DNA of 64,000 nt, taken from a virus (taxonomy: Duplodnaviria; Heunggongvirae; Uroviricota; Caudoviricetes). The notes under the pieces were generated by a model. The model made no database searches and was not told where the DNA came from. It worked only from the letters and a program-made list of their open reading frames with translations. The stretch is from the IMG/VR virus record IMGVR_UViG_3300037471_001511, positions 1-64,000 of that record; one strand, written 5' to 3'. Positions 9,395-17,949 of the stretch are shown one piece after another. Within the stretch, counting starts at the first letter, position 1; each line of letters begins with the position of its first letter. The position numbers and the translations under genes were made by a program.

Positions 9395-10227
9395 AACGCA
9401 TCATCACGTCTGTGGCGGCCCTCGGGGCCGCCCTGTCCCTGAGCGCCTGCATCGGCCAGACCGTCGACCCCGGCAACGTCGGGGTGAAGATCAAGCGCAT
9501 CGGCTCGGGCGCCGGCGTCCAGGCCGAGCCGCTGCCGGCCCGCTGGCACGCGCTGGGCTGGGGCGAGGACATCGTCCAGTACCCGATCATCCAGCGCACC
9601 TACCCGTTCGCCCGCGAGAAGTCGGCCGACGGCTCGACGGATAACGAGGAGCTGGTGTTCTCCGACAACACCGGCCTGCCCATGACCGCCGACGTGGCCC
9701 TGACCATGCAGGTCGACCCGGCCGCGGCGCCGAAGCTGTACACCAAGTACCGGCTGACCTTCGACCAGCTGCTGCTGGGACCGATCCGCAACGACCTGCG
9801 CTCGGCCATCGCCGCCGAGACCGAGAAGGTCGGCGTGGCCGATCTGTACTCCGGCGGCCGGCAGGCGGTGATCCACCGCGCGCTGGCGACGATCCAGCCG
9901 AAGTGGGCGGCCGAGGGCGTCCACATCAGCCAGCTCGAGTGGATCGGCTCCATCCGCTACCCGGAAGCGATCCTGCAGCAGATGCAGGAGAAAACCCGGC
10001 TCGAGCAGGAAGCCATCGCCGCCAAGGCGTTGGCCGCCAAAGCCGAAGCGCTGGCCGCCGCCAAGGTCGCCGAGGCCAAGGGCGACGCCGAGTCGACCCG
10101 GATCCGCGGCGAGGCGCTGCGTTCCAACCCCCAGGTGCTGCAGCAGCAGGCCATCATGAAGTGGAACGGCGTGCTGCCGACGGTGACGAGCGGCGGCGCC
10201 GTCCCGTTCGTCAATGTCAAGCCGTGA
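9391..10227 (+). CDS. SPFH/band-7 domain lipoprotein
   Basis: lipobox LSLSAC; SPFH-like core; C-terminal Ala/Glu-rich coiled coil as in HflK/C and prohibitins. Confidence 0.55.
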   Translation: MKRIITSVAALGAALSLSACIGQTVDPGNVGVKIKRIGSGAGVQAEPLPARWHALGWGEDIVQYPIIQRTYPFAREKSADGSTDNEELVFSDNTGLPMTADVALTMQVDPAAAPKLYTKYRLTFDQLLLGPIRNDLRSAIAAETEKVGVADLYSGGRQAVIHRALATIQPKWAAEGVHISQLEWIGSIRYPEAILQQMQEKTRLEQEAIAAKALAAKAEALAAAKVAEAKGDAESTRIRGEALRSNPQVLQQQAIMKWNGVLPTVTSGGAVPFVNVKP

Positions 10228-10325
10228 GAGGTCTAGTGGATCCTCAGAGTTAATCACTCTCGGCACGGTCGGGACGACCTAGCGTCATAGGTTCTTCCCG
10301 ACCCCTCCCGCAGGAGATCTCTCCC

Positions 10326-12536
10326 GTGATTGTGCGTGAACTCGACCCTGGCATGGGCCAGGCCGTCGCCGAGCGGACTGTGCTCCGCCGCCAGCCGGAT
10401 GGCACTTTCGAGACCTGGGGCGACGTCGCCCACCGCGTCGCGGTCGGCAACTCGATGCTGACCGGAGACGTCAGCGACTACGCCCTGATGAAGCACCACT
10501 TGGGCCAAGCGACGCTGCTGATGTCTGGCCGTCACCTGCAACACGGGGACGAAACTCAGCCACAACGCAACCAAGAAGTTTATACAAATTGCTCAACTGC
10601 TGCGTGTACATTCGCCCTGTTTCTGCTGCTGCTGAACGGCTCGGGCGTCGGCCGCTGCTACGACGACGACATGATGCAGGTCGACTGGGAGTATGCGCCC
10701 GCCCTGCGTGTCGTGCTCAGCGACAGCCACCCGGACTTCGACTGGGCCAAGCACGAGAGCCTGCGCGAGGCGCGGCACAAGTACCGGGGCGCGATCTGGC
10801 ACGTGGTCGAGGACAGCCGGGAGGGCTGGGCCAAGGCCGTGGAGCTGTGGGAGACGCTGGCGTTCGAGAAGATCCACCGGGACAAGCTCCTGGTGCTGGA
10901 CTTCAGCCGGGTCCGGCCCCGAGGCGCGCCGATCGCCGGCATGCAGAACCGCCCCGCTTCCGGCCCGGCGCCGCTGATGGACGCCTTTCTGAAGGCGAAC
11001 ACGGTCCGCGGCGCCGGCCTCGAGCCGTGGCAGCAGACCATGTACATCGACCACTACTTCGCGGAGTGCGTACTGGTCGGCGGCGCCCGCCGGGCTGCGC
11101 GCATGGCCACCAAGTTCTGGCGCGACCGCAGCGTGCTCGAGTTCATCCACGTCAAACGGCCCGTCGAGTACGAGGGCCTGACCATGGACGAGATCGCGGC
11201 GCTGCCGTTCAAACCGTCGTCGTTCCTGTGGTCGTCGAACAATTCGGTGGCGGTGGACGCGGAGTTCTGGGCGCTGCTCGAGCAACCAGCCGACAGCAGC
11301 GCCGACGCCGCCCACGCCCACCGCGTCTGGAAGGCGCTGACCGAAGCCTCCTACGGCGACGGCACCGGCGAGCCCGGGATCATCAACGTCGACAAGCTCG
11401 AGCGGAACGACGAAGGCCTGATCGAGGACGGCGACTTCATCGGGTCGCGGAAGTACCAGGTGAGCCGGGAGACCCGGCGCTACCTCGCCAAGCTGGCCAA
11501 GCGCGCCAGTCAGAAGACCTACAACGTCATCGTCAACCCGTGCGGCGAGATCGTCCTGAACCTGCTCGGGGCCTACTGCGTGATCGCCGACGTGGTGCCC
11601 TACCACGCCCCGAACCTGGACGAGGCCGAGGAGGCCTTCCGGGTGGCCACCCGGGCGCTGATCCGCGTCAACCTGATGGACTGCCTGTACGGCCGCGAAA
11701 CGCGCCGCACGAACCGGATCGGCGTCGGCATGACCGGGGTCCACGAGTTCGCCTGGAAGTTCTTCTGGGTCGGCTTCCGCGACCTGATCAACCCGGACTT
11801 CGACGGCATCGACCAGCACGATCCGCGCGTGCGGGCGGCGTGCTTCTGGCGGACCATCGCCCGCTTCCGCGAGGCGGTGAAGGACGAGGCGATCACCTAT
11901 TCGCGCGAGCTGGGCGTCGCGATCCCGCACACCGCGTTCACCATCAAGCCGGCGGGCACGACTTCGAAGCTGTTCGGCCTTACCGAGGGCTGGCACCTGC
12001 CGCCGATGCGCGAGTACCTGCGCTGGGTGCAGTTCCGCGAGGACGACCCGCTGATCGCCACCTACGAGGCGGCCGGCTATCCGATCCGCAAGCTGAAGAC
12101 CTACACCGGCACGGTGATCGTCGGCTTCCCGACGCAGCCGGCGATCTGCCGGCTCGGCATGGGCGAGGCGCTGGTCACGGCCGGCGAGGCCACGCCGGAA
12201 GAGCAGTACCGGTGGCTGCAGCTCGGCGAGCGGTTCTGGATCGGCGACGACGGCATGGGCAACCAGATCAGCTACACGCTGAAGTACGATCCCAAGGTCG
12301 TGGGCTTCGACCAGTTCGAGTCCATGATGCGTGCCTACCAGCCGACCATCCGCTGCTGCTCGGTCATGCCCCAGGTCGACATGGCGGCCTACGAGTACCA
12401 GCCGGAAGAGCGGATCTCGGAACTCGAGTACGCCCGTCTGGTGCAGCAGATCGAGCGCAAGGCCGAGGACGTCGACCGGGAGCACGTCGACTGTTCCACC
12501 GGCGCTTGCCCGATTGACTTCCGCAAGACCGCCTGA
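10326..12536 (+). CDS. nrdJ: ribonucleotide reductase class II (adenosylcobalamin-dependent)
   Basis: catalytic NPCGEIVL motif, C-terminal CSTGACPIDF redox cysteines; 736 aa. Confidence 0.9.
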   Translation: MIVRELDPGMGQAVAERTVLRRQPDGTFETWGDVAHRVAVGNSMLTGDVSDYALMKHHLGQATLLMSGRHLQHGDETQPQRNQEVYTNCSTAACTFALFLLLLNGSGVGRCYDDDMMQVDWEYAPALRVVLSDSHPDFDWAKHESLREARHKYRGAIWHVVEDSREGWAKAVELWETLAFEKIHRDKLLVLDFSRVRPRGAPIAGMQNRPASGPAPLMDAFLKANTVRGAGLEPWQQTMYIDHYFAECVLVGGARRAARMATKFWRDRSVLEFIHVKRPVEYEGLTMDEIAALPFKPSSFLWSSNNSVAVDAEFWALLEQPADSSADAAHAHRVWKALTEASYGDGTGEPGIINVDKLERNDEGLIEDGDFIGSRKYQVSRETRRYLAKLAKRASQKTYNVIVNPCGEIVLNLLGAYCVIADVVPYHAPNLDEAEEAFRVATRALIRVNLMDCLYGRETRRTNRIGVGMTGVHEFAWKFFWVGFRDLINPDFDGIDQHDPRVRAACFWRTIARFREAVKDEAITYSRELGVAIPHTAFTIKPAGTTSKLFGLTEGWHLPPMREYLRWVQFREDDPLIATYEAAGYPIRKLKTYTGTVIVGFPTQPAICRLGMGEALVTAGEATPEEQYRWLQLGERFWIGDDGMGNQISYTLKYDPKVVGFDQFESMMRAYQPTIRCCSVMPQVDMAAYEYQPEERISELEYARLVQQIERKAEDVDREHVDCSTGACPIDFRKTA

Positions 12537-12608
12537 CACCGTCGGGCTGTTGAGGCCGGGCTAGGGCTGGACCCCACACCCAACCGTGACACGCGGACAC
12601 GCGCAAGG

Positions 12609-12645
12609 CAGCGCCCCGGTCTACAGACCGGGGCGCTGTTTTCGT
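12609..12645 (+). terminator. rho-independent terminator after nrdJ
   Basis: GCGCCCCGGTCT-acag-ACCGGGGCGC followed by TGTTTTCG. Confidence 0.55.
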
Positions 12646-12656
12646 CTGTACGGCTT

Positions 12657-12702
12657 GTTCTACTGGAACCCGATACTTTCCTCCCCGACATCCACTGGAA
12701 TG
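12657..12702. promoter_or_regulatory. two motif-family half-palindromes (TTCTACTGGAACC, TCCACTGGAAT)
   Basis: located between the nrdJ terminator and the xis/int genes. Confidence 0.4.
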
Positions 12703-12751
12703 AACAACTCGCCGCCCGCAGGCCGGCGAGCGCCGAGTCATGGTCGCGTGC

Positions 12752-13054
12752 ATGGATCCGACTACGCTCCCGCCACGCCTGACGCGCTCGGAAGTCCTTG
12801 CTCTGGCGAGGATCAGCGACAACACGCTGCGCAAGCACATCCGCGCCGGTCGGTTCCCTGCGCCAATCGACCGCGGGAAAGAGCAACTCTTCGCGCGCGA
12901 CCAGGTACTCAAAGTGATACAATCACGCCAGCAAGTACCTGATGTACCTGCGCTTTCGGAGACAGAGTATGACCACCAGAGGCAAGAAGCGATCCGCCTC
13001 GAATTCGAAAGGATCGCCCGCCGAAGTCGAGCGAAGGTTTCTCGATCAACTTGA
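12752..13054 (+). CDS. xis: excisionase/AlpA-like HTH protein
   Basis: SEVLALARISDNTLRKHIRAGRFPAPI resembles AlpA/phage excisionase HTH; 3' end overlaps int, so the true extent is uncertain. Confidence 0.45.
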   Translation: MDPTTLPPRLTRSEVLALARISDNTLRKHIRAGRFPAPIDRGKEQLFARDQVLKVIQSRQQVPDVPALSETEYDHQRQEAIRLEFERIARRSRAKVSRST

Positions 13055-14222
13055 ACTCGGCCAGTACGTCGAGGCGCGGAAGCGTGCAAACGGCACGTAT
13101 GCGGTGCGGTTCAAACTGTCACCTGCCATGACGCCAAAGGACTGGCCCTCGGTCTGGCCGCTTCCCCGCACCGGCAATTGGCCTGGCAACCTACTCGACC
13201 CTCAAGAAGTCCAAGCCATCCGTGACGACGCCGCTGCGCTCCGCGTGGAAGTCCAGATGGCTCGGGCGACGCAGAAGGTCGATGAGAACCAGGCCCTGCA
13301 GCCTCGGACGTGGGAAACCCTACGTGACCGGTGGGAGGCCGATCCGGAATTTAAGCGTCTCGACGACACGACCAAGCACGGCTATCGCGCCAATGTCAGG
13401 CGGGCCATCAGGCTGGCCACCGAGGATAACGTTCGACCCTCGACCGCATCAGAACTGGAAATCACAACAGCTCTGAACCGGGTGACGCACCCAGTCACCC
13501 GTACGGCGACCCTTCACGCCTTCCGTGTGATGCTCCGTGACGCCAAACGGCTCGGTTGGCGCAAGGACAACCCTACCGAGGACATCAAGATCAAGGGCCG
13601 AGCCAAAGCATCGCAGCAATCCCGCGTCGGAATTTGGGAAGCCGACGACGTGGCGTTTTATGCCCGCAAGGCGGAGGAAGCCGGCCTAGTTTCACTGGCT
13701 GGCATCATTCAGACCGAGTGGGAGATCGGCCAACGCCTGACCGATGTGCGCCTGTTCCGCTACGCCAAGGACAAGAAGGATCGCGAGGGACAATACCTTC
13801 GCTCCGACGGCGTGTTCCGCTTCTGGCAGAACAAGACACAGCAGTGGGTGACCATCCCAGTTTCAGATCGTTTGATGGGCCTCCTGAACCGGCCCGGCGG
13901 AAGCCTGCTGTTCCCGCACCCCACCACTGGCGAAGCCTACACCAGTGACCAACTGACGAAGGAGTTTAACGGGCTCCGGAAGCTGGTCGGCCGGAACCGT
14001 CGCTTCCTCGAAATGAAGCACCTGCGCCACTCCTGCGTCGTTCAGTTGGCGACCGCTGAACCGGTCCCATGCGAGATCCTCGAGATCGCGGCGATCACGG
14101 GGCACACAGTCGCGTCTGTGAATACGATCATTCAGCGCTACTGCCCGAGGGACAATCGCCTGGCTTGGGCGGCGCAGCGGAAACGCGGACTGGTCCGTTC
14201 GGAGCCTGCGGTCGCCCAATAA
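12969..14222 (+). CDS. int: tyrosine integrase
   Basis: C-terminal HLRHSCVV..., ITGHT and terminal Y (RHRY catalytic pattern); N-terminal arm-binding-like region; start could be 12942 or 12969. Confidence 0.85.
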   Translation: MTTRGKKRSASNSKGSPAEVERRFLDQLELGQYVEARKRANGTYAVRFKLSPAMTPKDWPSVWPLPRTGNWPGNLLDPQEVQAIRDDAAALRVEVQMARATQKVDENQALQPRTWETLRDRWEADPEFKRLDDTTKHGYRANVRRAIRLATEDNVRPSTASELEITTALNRVTHPVTRTATLHAFRVMLRDAKRLGWRKDNPTEDIKIKGRAKASQQSRVGIWEADDVAFYARKAEEAGLVSLAGIIQTEWEIGQRLTDVRLFRYAKDKKDREGQYLRSDGVFRFWQNKTQQWVTIPVSDRLMGLLNRPGGSLLFPHPTTGEAYTSDQLTKEFNGLRKLVGRNRRFLEMKHLRHSCVVQLATAEPVPCEILEIAAITGHTVASVNTIIQRYCPRDNRLAWAAQRKRGLVRSEPAVAQ

Positions 14223-14323
14223 TGGCGTTGTCCCCAAATTGCGGTTCTGTGCGGCCCCATGAGGCTCTGTGCGGTTTCTTGTCCCCAAACATCAATAAAA
14301 TCAATAGCTTACCTCTGATTTCG

Positions 14324-14373
14324 GTGGATTCATAACCCACAGGTCGCGAGTTCGATCCTCGCCCCAGCTACCA
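14324..14373 (+). other. 3' portion of a tRNA-Met(CAT)-like gene (anticodon arm, T arm, acceptor 3' strand, CCA) with no 5' half; putative attP core
   Basis: GTGGA-TTCATAA-CCCAC anticodon arm, GCGAG-TTCGATC-CTCGC T arm, CCCAGCT-A-CCA; upstream sequence cannot form D arm or acceptor 5' strand; lies 100 bp downstream of int. Confidence 0.6.
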
Positions 14374-14400
14374 AATTTCCCCTTCTAAATCAGAGAGTTA

Positions 14401-14431
14401 GGCCCCCGGAAACGGGGGCCTCTTTTTGTTT
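14401..14431 (+). terminator. rho-independent terminator downstream of int
   Basis: GGCCCCCGG-aaa-CGGGGGCC followed by TCTTTTTGTTT. Confidence 0.65.
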
Positions 14432-14599
14432 GGGGACATTTTGGGGACATGACACTGTCCCCAACGTTTTCACACGTTCTCGAGAATCACTGGTCAATGA
14501 AATGTGGCGGGGCGGCGGGGCGCGTAACTCCCCTGTTAACGTGTCCGCCGCCCCGCCTCGTGGCTCTCCGTCCCCAGGTCGAGGGAGCCACGAACTTGT

Positions 14600-14672
14600 T
14601 GGACGCGGTCGGGATCGAACCGACGGCCGAGGACTTTAAGTTCCCCTGCTCTCACCACTGAGCTACGCGCCC
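14600..14672 (-). tRNA. tRNA-like gene (73 nt, no encoded CCA) with canonical acceptor, D and T arms but ambiguous anticodon loop
   Basis: reverse complement GGGCGCG-TA-GCTC-AGTGGTGA-GAGC-A-GGGGA-ACTTAAA-GTCCT-CGGCC-GTCGG-TTCGATC-CCGAC-CGCGTCC-A; the anticodon stem has a mismatch in either register, giving UUA or UAA. Confidence 0.65.
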
Positions 14673-14831
14673 GAAAAACACCGCTACTCCCAGAGCCGCA
14701 CGTGCGGCCCCTCGACCCGGCGCCAGTACCGCCATTTCAACGTCAGTAGCCGGTCGTAGCCCGACCCGCGCCGGAACGCTGCGGCGACCTTGCGCCGGTA
14801 CTTCCGCAGCCGATGGTGGTCAGACCACTTG

Positions 14832-15044
14832 TCAGCCGCGCCAAGCATCAGGCGAGCCCCTCGAGATCATCCGTTGGCCCAGCGCGGCCCTGTAGCCGTG
14901 CAGGAACCCGGTCCACAGGATCTGGATGTCGTGCCGGCGGTACTGGCCGTGCTCGGGGTGGCGCTGCAGGTAGGGCGGGCCTGGCGACCTGGCGCGCAGG
15001 TCCGCCTCGAACAGCTCGCGGATCGCGTCCTCGTTCCCGATCAC
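14832..15044 (-). CDS. hypothetical protein (70 aa, GTG start)
   Basis: very high GC3 in this frame; RBS GGGAGGA 5 nt upstream of GTG; GTGA overlap with upstream gene. Confidence 0.45.
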   Translation of the reverse strand: MIGNEDAIRELFEADLRARSPGPPYLQRHPEHGQYRRHDIQILWTGFLHGYRAALGQRMISRGSPDAWRG

Positions 15045-15331
15045 AGCCAATCCTCCCGGCCGCACACGGCGCAGCGATAGATGGTGTAGACGTTGCCGTG
15101 GATCGGCGGTGGCGACCAGTCGCAGATGTACTCGCCGCACCGGCCGTTCTCCGGCTCGTGCTGCAGCGCCGGATGGTCCGCTTGGATCACCGGCTCGTCG
15201 GGCATGGGCTTCAGGCCGGCGGCCTCGAGCAGCTCACCGGCCGCCTCTGCGGCGTCGACGAGCCCCAGCCCGCACCGACTGACCAAGAACGCCCCCACGG
15301 CGTTGAGCTGGGCGCGCGTGTAGTGGGTCAC
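15041..15331 (-). CDS. small zinc-ribbon-like protein
   Basis: C-terminal CGEYICDW...YRCAVCG; high GC3; alternative ATG start at 15205. Confidence 0.45.
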   Translation of the reverse strand: MTHYTRAQLNAVGAFLVSRCGLGLVDAAEAAGELLEAAGLKPMPDEPVIQADHPALQHEPENGRCGEYICDWSPPPIHGNVYTIYRCAVCGREDWL

Positions 15332-15516
15332 GACGCGAGCCCCATCCGCCTTGCGATCAGGTAGCCCAGTTCCGTCGCGGCGTGCGGGTCGTACTCTTCC
15401 TCGACCGTGACGCGCCGGCCCCGCCGACCGCGGTTCCGAGCCGCGGCCCGTTCGCGGGCGTAGTTCCACTCGATCTCGCAGCCCAAGGCCCACGGGCAGC
15501 GCCTATTCTTCGTCAC
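15328..15516 (-). CDS. hypothetical small protein (GTG start)
   Basis: high GC3, RBS GGGAGGG upstream. Confidence 0.35.
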   Translation of the reverse strand: MTKNRRCPWALGCEIEWNYARERAAARNRGRRGRRVTVEEEYDPHAATELGYLIARRMGLAS

Positions 15517-15691
15517 ACAGCCCTCCCCGCACGATGGTGGCCTTCCAGCCCTTGTGTTCGAAGTAGCTCCGGCACCACTGGGCGTTCCGGCCCAGGCACG
15601 CGTTGCGCAGGATCGGCGCAGCTTGGACGCAGACGTCCATCTTGAAGATCAGGCCGGCCACGAAATAGGGCGCCTCAACGCGGACCAGCAT
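15503..15691 (-). CDS. hypothetical Cys-containing small protein
   Basis: ORF in series with neighbours; weak. Confidence 0.3.
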   Translation of the reverse strand: MLVRVEAPYFVAGLIFKMDVCVQAAPILRNACLGRNAQWCRSYFEHKGWKATIVRGGLCDEE

Positions 15692-15950
15692 TTCGGTCGA
15701 GCCCGGCCGTCATCAGCGTGCGGTCGATCTCCCGCATCGTTTCTTCGGTGAACGAGAGCATGAAGGCGTGCGCCCAGTCCTGGGTGTAGTCGCACGACGG
15801 ACAGGCCCAGCCGGTCTCGTGCGCGATCAGCAGCTCGTCGGCGCCGGGCGCGTGCTTCTCCTTCGTGCCGCAGGTGAACCCATGGAAGCCGCCCCACTGC
15901 TGGTAGCGGTTCAGGTTCTCGACCTGCTCAGGCGTCCACGGGGCTTTCAT
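15675..15950 (-). CDS. hypothetical small protein with Cys pairs
   Basis: FTCG...CPSC motifs; overlaps neighbours by a few bp. Confidence 0.4.
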   Translation of the reverse strand: MKAPWTPEQVENLNRYQQWGGFHGFTCGTKEKHAPGADELLIAHETGWACPSCDYTQDWAHAFMLSFTEETMREIDRTLMTAGLDRNAGPR

Positions 15951-16306
15951 CCCAGCACCCCGTGTTTCTGCAACTGGGCGCGCAGCTCGAAGGCCTCGCC
16001 CCGCCGGCTCGCTTCGAAATTGTCGAGCAGGATCTTCAGCATGAGCGTGACCGCCTCAGGCCGGTCGAGCCGCTTGCCGCTCACCGCCTCGACGAACCCC
16101 GCCAAGCGGGCCGCGCCCGCGTTCACCCCGCCCATGGCGCCGGACATGGCCACGCTCAACAGGACCGCCGGGTTTCCTTCCAGCGAGGCGAGGTCCATCG
16201 TGTGTTCGAAGGCCCGTTCAATGTCGCCCTGCAGTTTATGGCACAGGTCCCGGGTCAGCTCGCCCTGTTGCCGGGCGTCCCAGACGACCTTGTCACGCGT
16301 TTCCAT
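15947..16306 (-). CDS. hypothetical protein (119 aa)
   Basis: ORF in operon series. Confidence 0.4.
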   Translation of the reverse strand: METRDKVVWDARQQGELTRDLCHKLQGDIERAFEHTMDLASLEGNPAVLLSVAMSGAMGGVNAGAARLAGFVEAVSGKRLDRPEAVTLMLKILLDNFEASRRGEAFELRAQLQKHGVLG

Positions 16307-16811
16307 TGACCATGACCTCGAGCACGTTGATGGCGGTGAGGCCGGCCCCGTAGTTTTCGGGCCAGACCCTGTCGGCGGTGGCGACGGTCTGTCGAAACCC
16401 GAACTCCTTCAGGATCATGTCGACCGCCACGATGTTGGGCAGTTTGCCGCCTTCGACCGAGACGGACAGATGGCGGGCCAGGCCCGGCGGCTGTTGTTCG
16501 TGGGTGTAGGTGACCGTGAAGCCCACGGGCAGGTCTATGGTGAACTTCAGCGGCAGCGTGCGCTTGCCGTCGCGCGAGCGAGGGTTCTCCGGATCGAAGC
16601 CCTTCGACCAGTCTTCCAGCTCTGCCAACGTGATCGGCTCGGCCTGCGCCAGCGCGATCAGCTCTTCGATCTTGGCGCGCTCGTCGGCGCCGATCACCAG
16701 TGGTCTCACTTCACCCTCCCCTTCAGCCGCACCCCGAGCTGCTCCACGATCTCCATGTGACCGGTCTCGGCTTCGGCCCAGGTCGCGTAGCGGTGGCACA
16801 GATCGGTCCAC
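16293..16811 (-). CDS. hypothetical protein; true start probably internal
   Basis: N-terminal approximately 35 aa of the track ORF are Arg/Gly-rich and look non-coding. Confidence 0.35.
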   Translation of the reverse strand: MDRSVPPLRDLGRSRDRSHGDRGAARGAAEGEGEVRPLVIGADERAKIEELIALAQAEPITLAELEDWSKGFDPENPRSRDGKRTLPLKFTIDLPVGFTVTYTHEQQPPGLARHLSVSVEGGKLPNIVAVDMILKEFGFRQTVATADRVWPENYGAGLTAINVLEVMVNGNA

Positions 16812-17077
16812 TCGTCGTTCTTCCAGTTCCCGTCCGCGGCCGGTCTGAAGATCATGGTCTCGAACAGGATCGGCGGCCCCTCGCCGAAGAAATTGTGGTC
16901 GAGTCCGAGGAACACGGTCGAGACCTCGAAACCCGACTCAAGCTTCGTGCGCGCCACCCTGCGGTCGGCCTGATCCATCCACAGCGCCCACGTCAGCAGA
17001 TCCGGCTCCGGCACCGGTTCGTGAGCGTCGTTGAGGGTGTAGCGGTCAACCATCCAAGTGCCGCCGCTCGATGTCAC
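16706..17077 (-). CDS. hypothetical protein (123 aa, Trp-rich)
   Basis: ORF in series. Confidence 0.4.
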   Translation of the reverse strand: MTSSGGTWMVDRYTLNDAHEPVPEPDLLTWALWMDQADRRVARTKLESGFEVSTVFLGLDHNFFGEGPPILFETMIFRPAADGNWKNDEWTDLCHRYATWAEAETGHMEIVEQLGVRLKGRVK

Positions 17078-17330
17078 GGCGCATCGCGTCGAGCGGCTCG
17101 GCCAGCTTCTGTGCGCGCTCGAGATCGTTCAGCGCGTCCTGGGCGATGGCGGCCACGTCGTTCCACGCCGCGTTCACGCCCTTCCAGAAGTCGGCGGTGT
17201 ACTCGGCGCCGCCGGTCGGACGGGCGTGCGCGCCCCCGCGCTCGACGATCTGCCGGAGCGCCACCTCCGCGATGGTCAGTTGGGCCGCGGCGCGCAGGCC
17301 GGCCTCGGCGAGTTCGTCTTCCCGGCTCAT
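17046..17330 (-). CDS. hypothetical protein (94 aa)
   Basis: ORF in series. Confidence 0.4.
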   Translation of the reverse strand: MSREDELAEAGLRAAAQLTIAEVALRQIVERGGAHARPTGGAEYTADFWKGVNAAWNDVAAIAQDALNDLERAQKLAEPLDAMRRDIERRHLDG

Positions 17331-17713
17331 GCGACGAACCAGCTCGGTGGCATGGGGATGGTCCCATGGTGCGGACGCCAGATGTGCAGGCAGTAGGGGT
17401 GGACGTTCTTGTAGTCCGACAGCGACGGGTGCAGCTGCATCGCCGTTTCGTGCGGCTCGAAGAACATCCGCTTGGTCTGTTCCATCTCATCCCAAGTCGG
17501 GCAGCGGTGCTCGAGCGAGACCGACACATGGTCCCAGCCCATCGCGTCGCTGACGATCGCACGCAGGATCGCGGCCTTCCGGCTGCTCTTGGACGGGTAC
17601 ATGAACACCCCTGCCTGGAAGACGCCGACGCCCTCCCACTCGCTGATCTCGCCGGTGAGCCGCAGTTCGTGGTCCCGCCGGCGCCACTTCTCGAGCGTGC
17701 GCAGGTCTACCAT
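17327..17713 (-). CDS. hypothetical protein (128 aa)
   Basis: ATG 17713 overlaps upstream TAG (ATGGTAG). Confidence 0.4.
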   Translation of the reverse strand: MVDLRTLEKWRRRDHELRLTGEISEWEGVGVFQAGVFMYPSKSSRKAAILRAIVSDAMGWDHVSVSLEHRCPTWDEMEQTKRMFFEPHETAMQLHPSLSDYKNVHPYCLHIWRPHHGTIPMPPSWFVA

Positions 17714-17949
17714 GGCTGAGACGCCTTGATTCCGATGAACTTCCAGTCGCCGCCCGGCACGTACCGGGCGGTGAAAAAGCCGCACCCGCGGCCCTGCACA
17801 GACCGTGCGACCCAAGGGGGCACGGCCTGCCTGCGCACGCCTTTGCGACCTTGAACGAACACGTCGTAGGCGCCCTCGAAGGCCTCGACCTTCACCACGA
17901 AAACGGCGCCCAGCTCGGCGTCGAACACCAGCGGTTTCACGTCGTCCAT
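17707..17949 (-). CDS. hypothetical protein (80 aa)
   Basis: C-terminal 80 codons of track ORF 17707..18468 look protein-like whereas the rest is Arg/Pro-rich; ATG 17949. Confidence 0.4.
   Translation of the reverse strand: MDDVKPLVFDAELGAVFVVKVEAFEGAYDVFVQGRKGVRRQAVPPWVARSVQGRGCGFFTARYVPGGDWKFIGIKASQPW

Larger units (their letters stand above)
14229..14465. repeat. attP arm region: five copies of TGTCCCCAAA (2 direct left, 2 inverted and 1 direct right) flanking the tRNA fragment
   Basis: TGTCCCCAAA at 14229 and 14280, TTTGGGGACA at 14429 and 14440, TGTCCCCAAC at 14456; CTGTGCGG also repeated twice at 14247 and 14267. Confidence 0.5.

Noticed and set aside
10228-10325. Cobalamin riboswitch upstream of nrdJ
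   Set aside because: The leader is only about 100 nt and lacks a recognisable B12-box.
10589-12539. 640-aa ORFs in the +2 frame and on the minus strand overlapping nrdJ; similar long ORFs opposite sbcC (5644-7344 -), sbcD (4505-5563 -), the tape measure (36307-42189 +) and the large terminase (54921-56519 +)
   Set aside because: These are Arg/Pro/Gly/Ala-rich translations typical of non-coding frames in 65% GC DNA, with no motifs. The real genes on the other frame carry clear catalytic motifs and GC3 bias.
14600-14672. Calling the minus-strand tRNA as tRNA-Leu(UAA)
   Set aside because: The variable arm is only 4-5 nt, whereas bacterial tRNA-Leu is class II with a long variable arm. The isotype is left open.
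14695-14708. Perfect 14-bp palindrome GCCGCACGTGCGGC as a terminator for the leftward early operon
   Set aside because: No adjoining U-tract on either strand, so it may be a protein-binding site instead. Noted here only.
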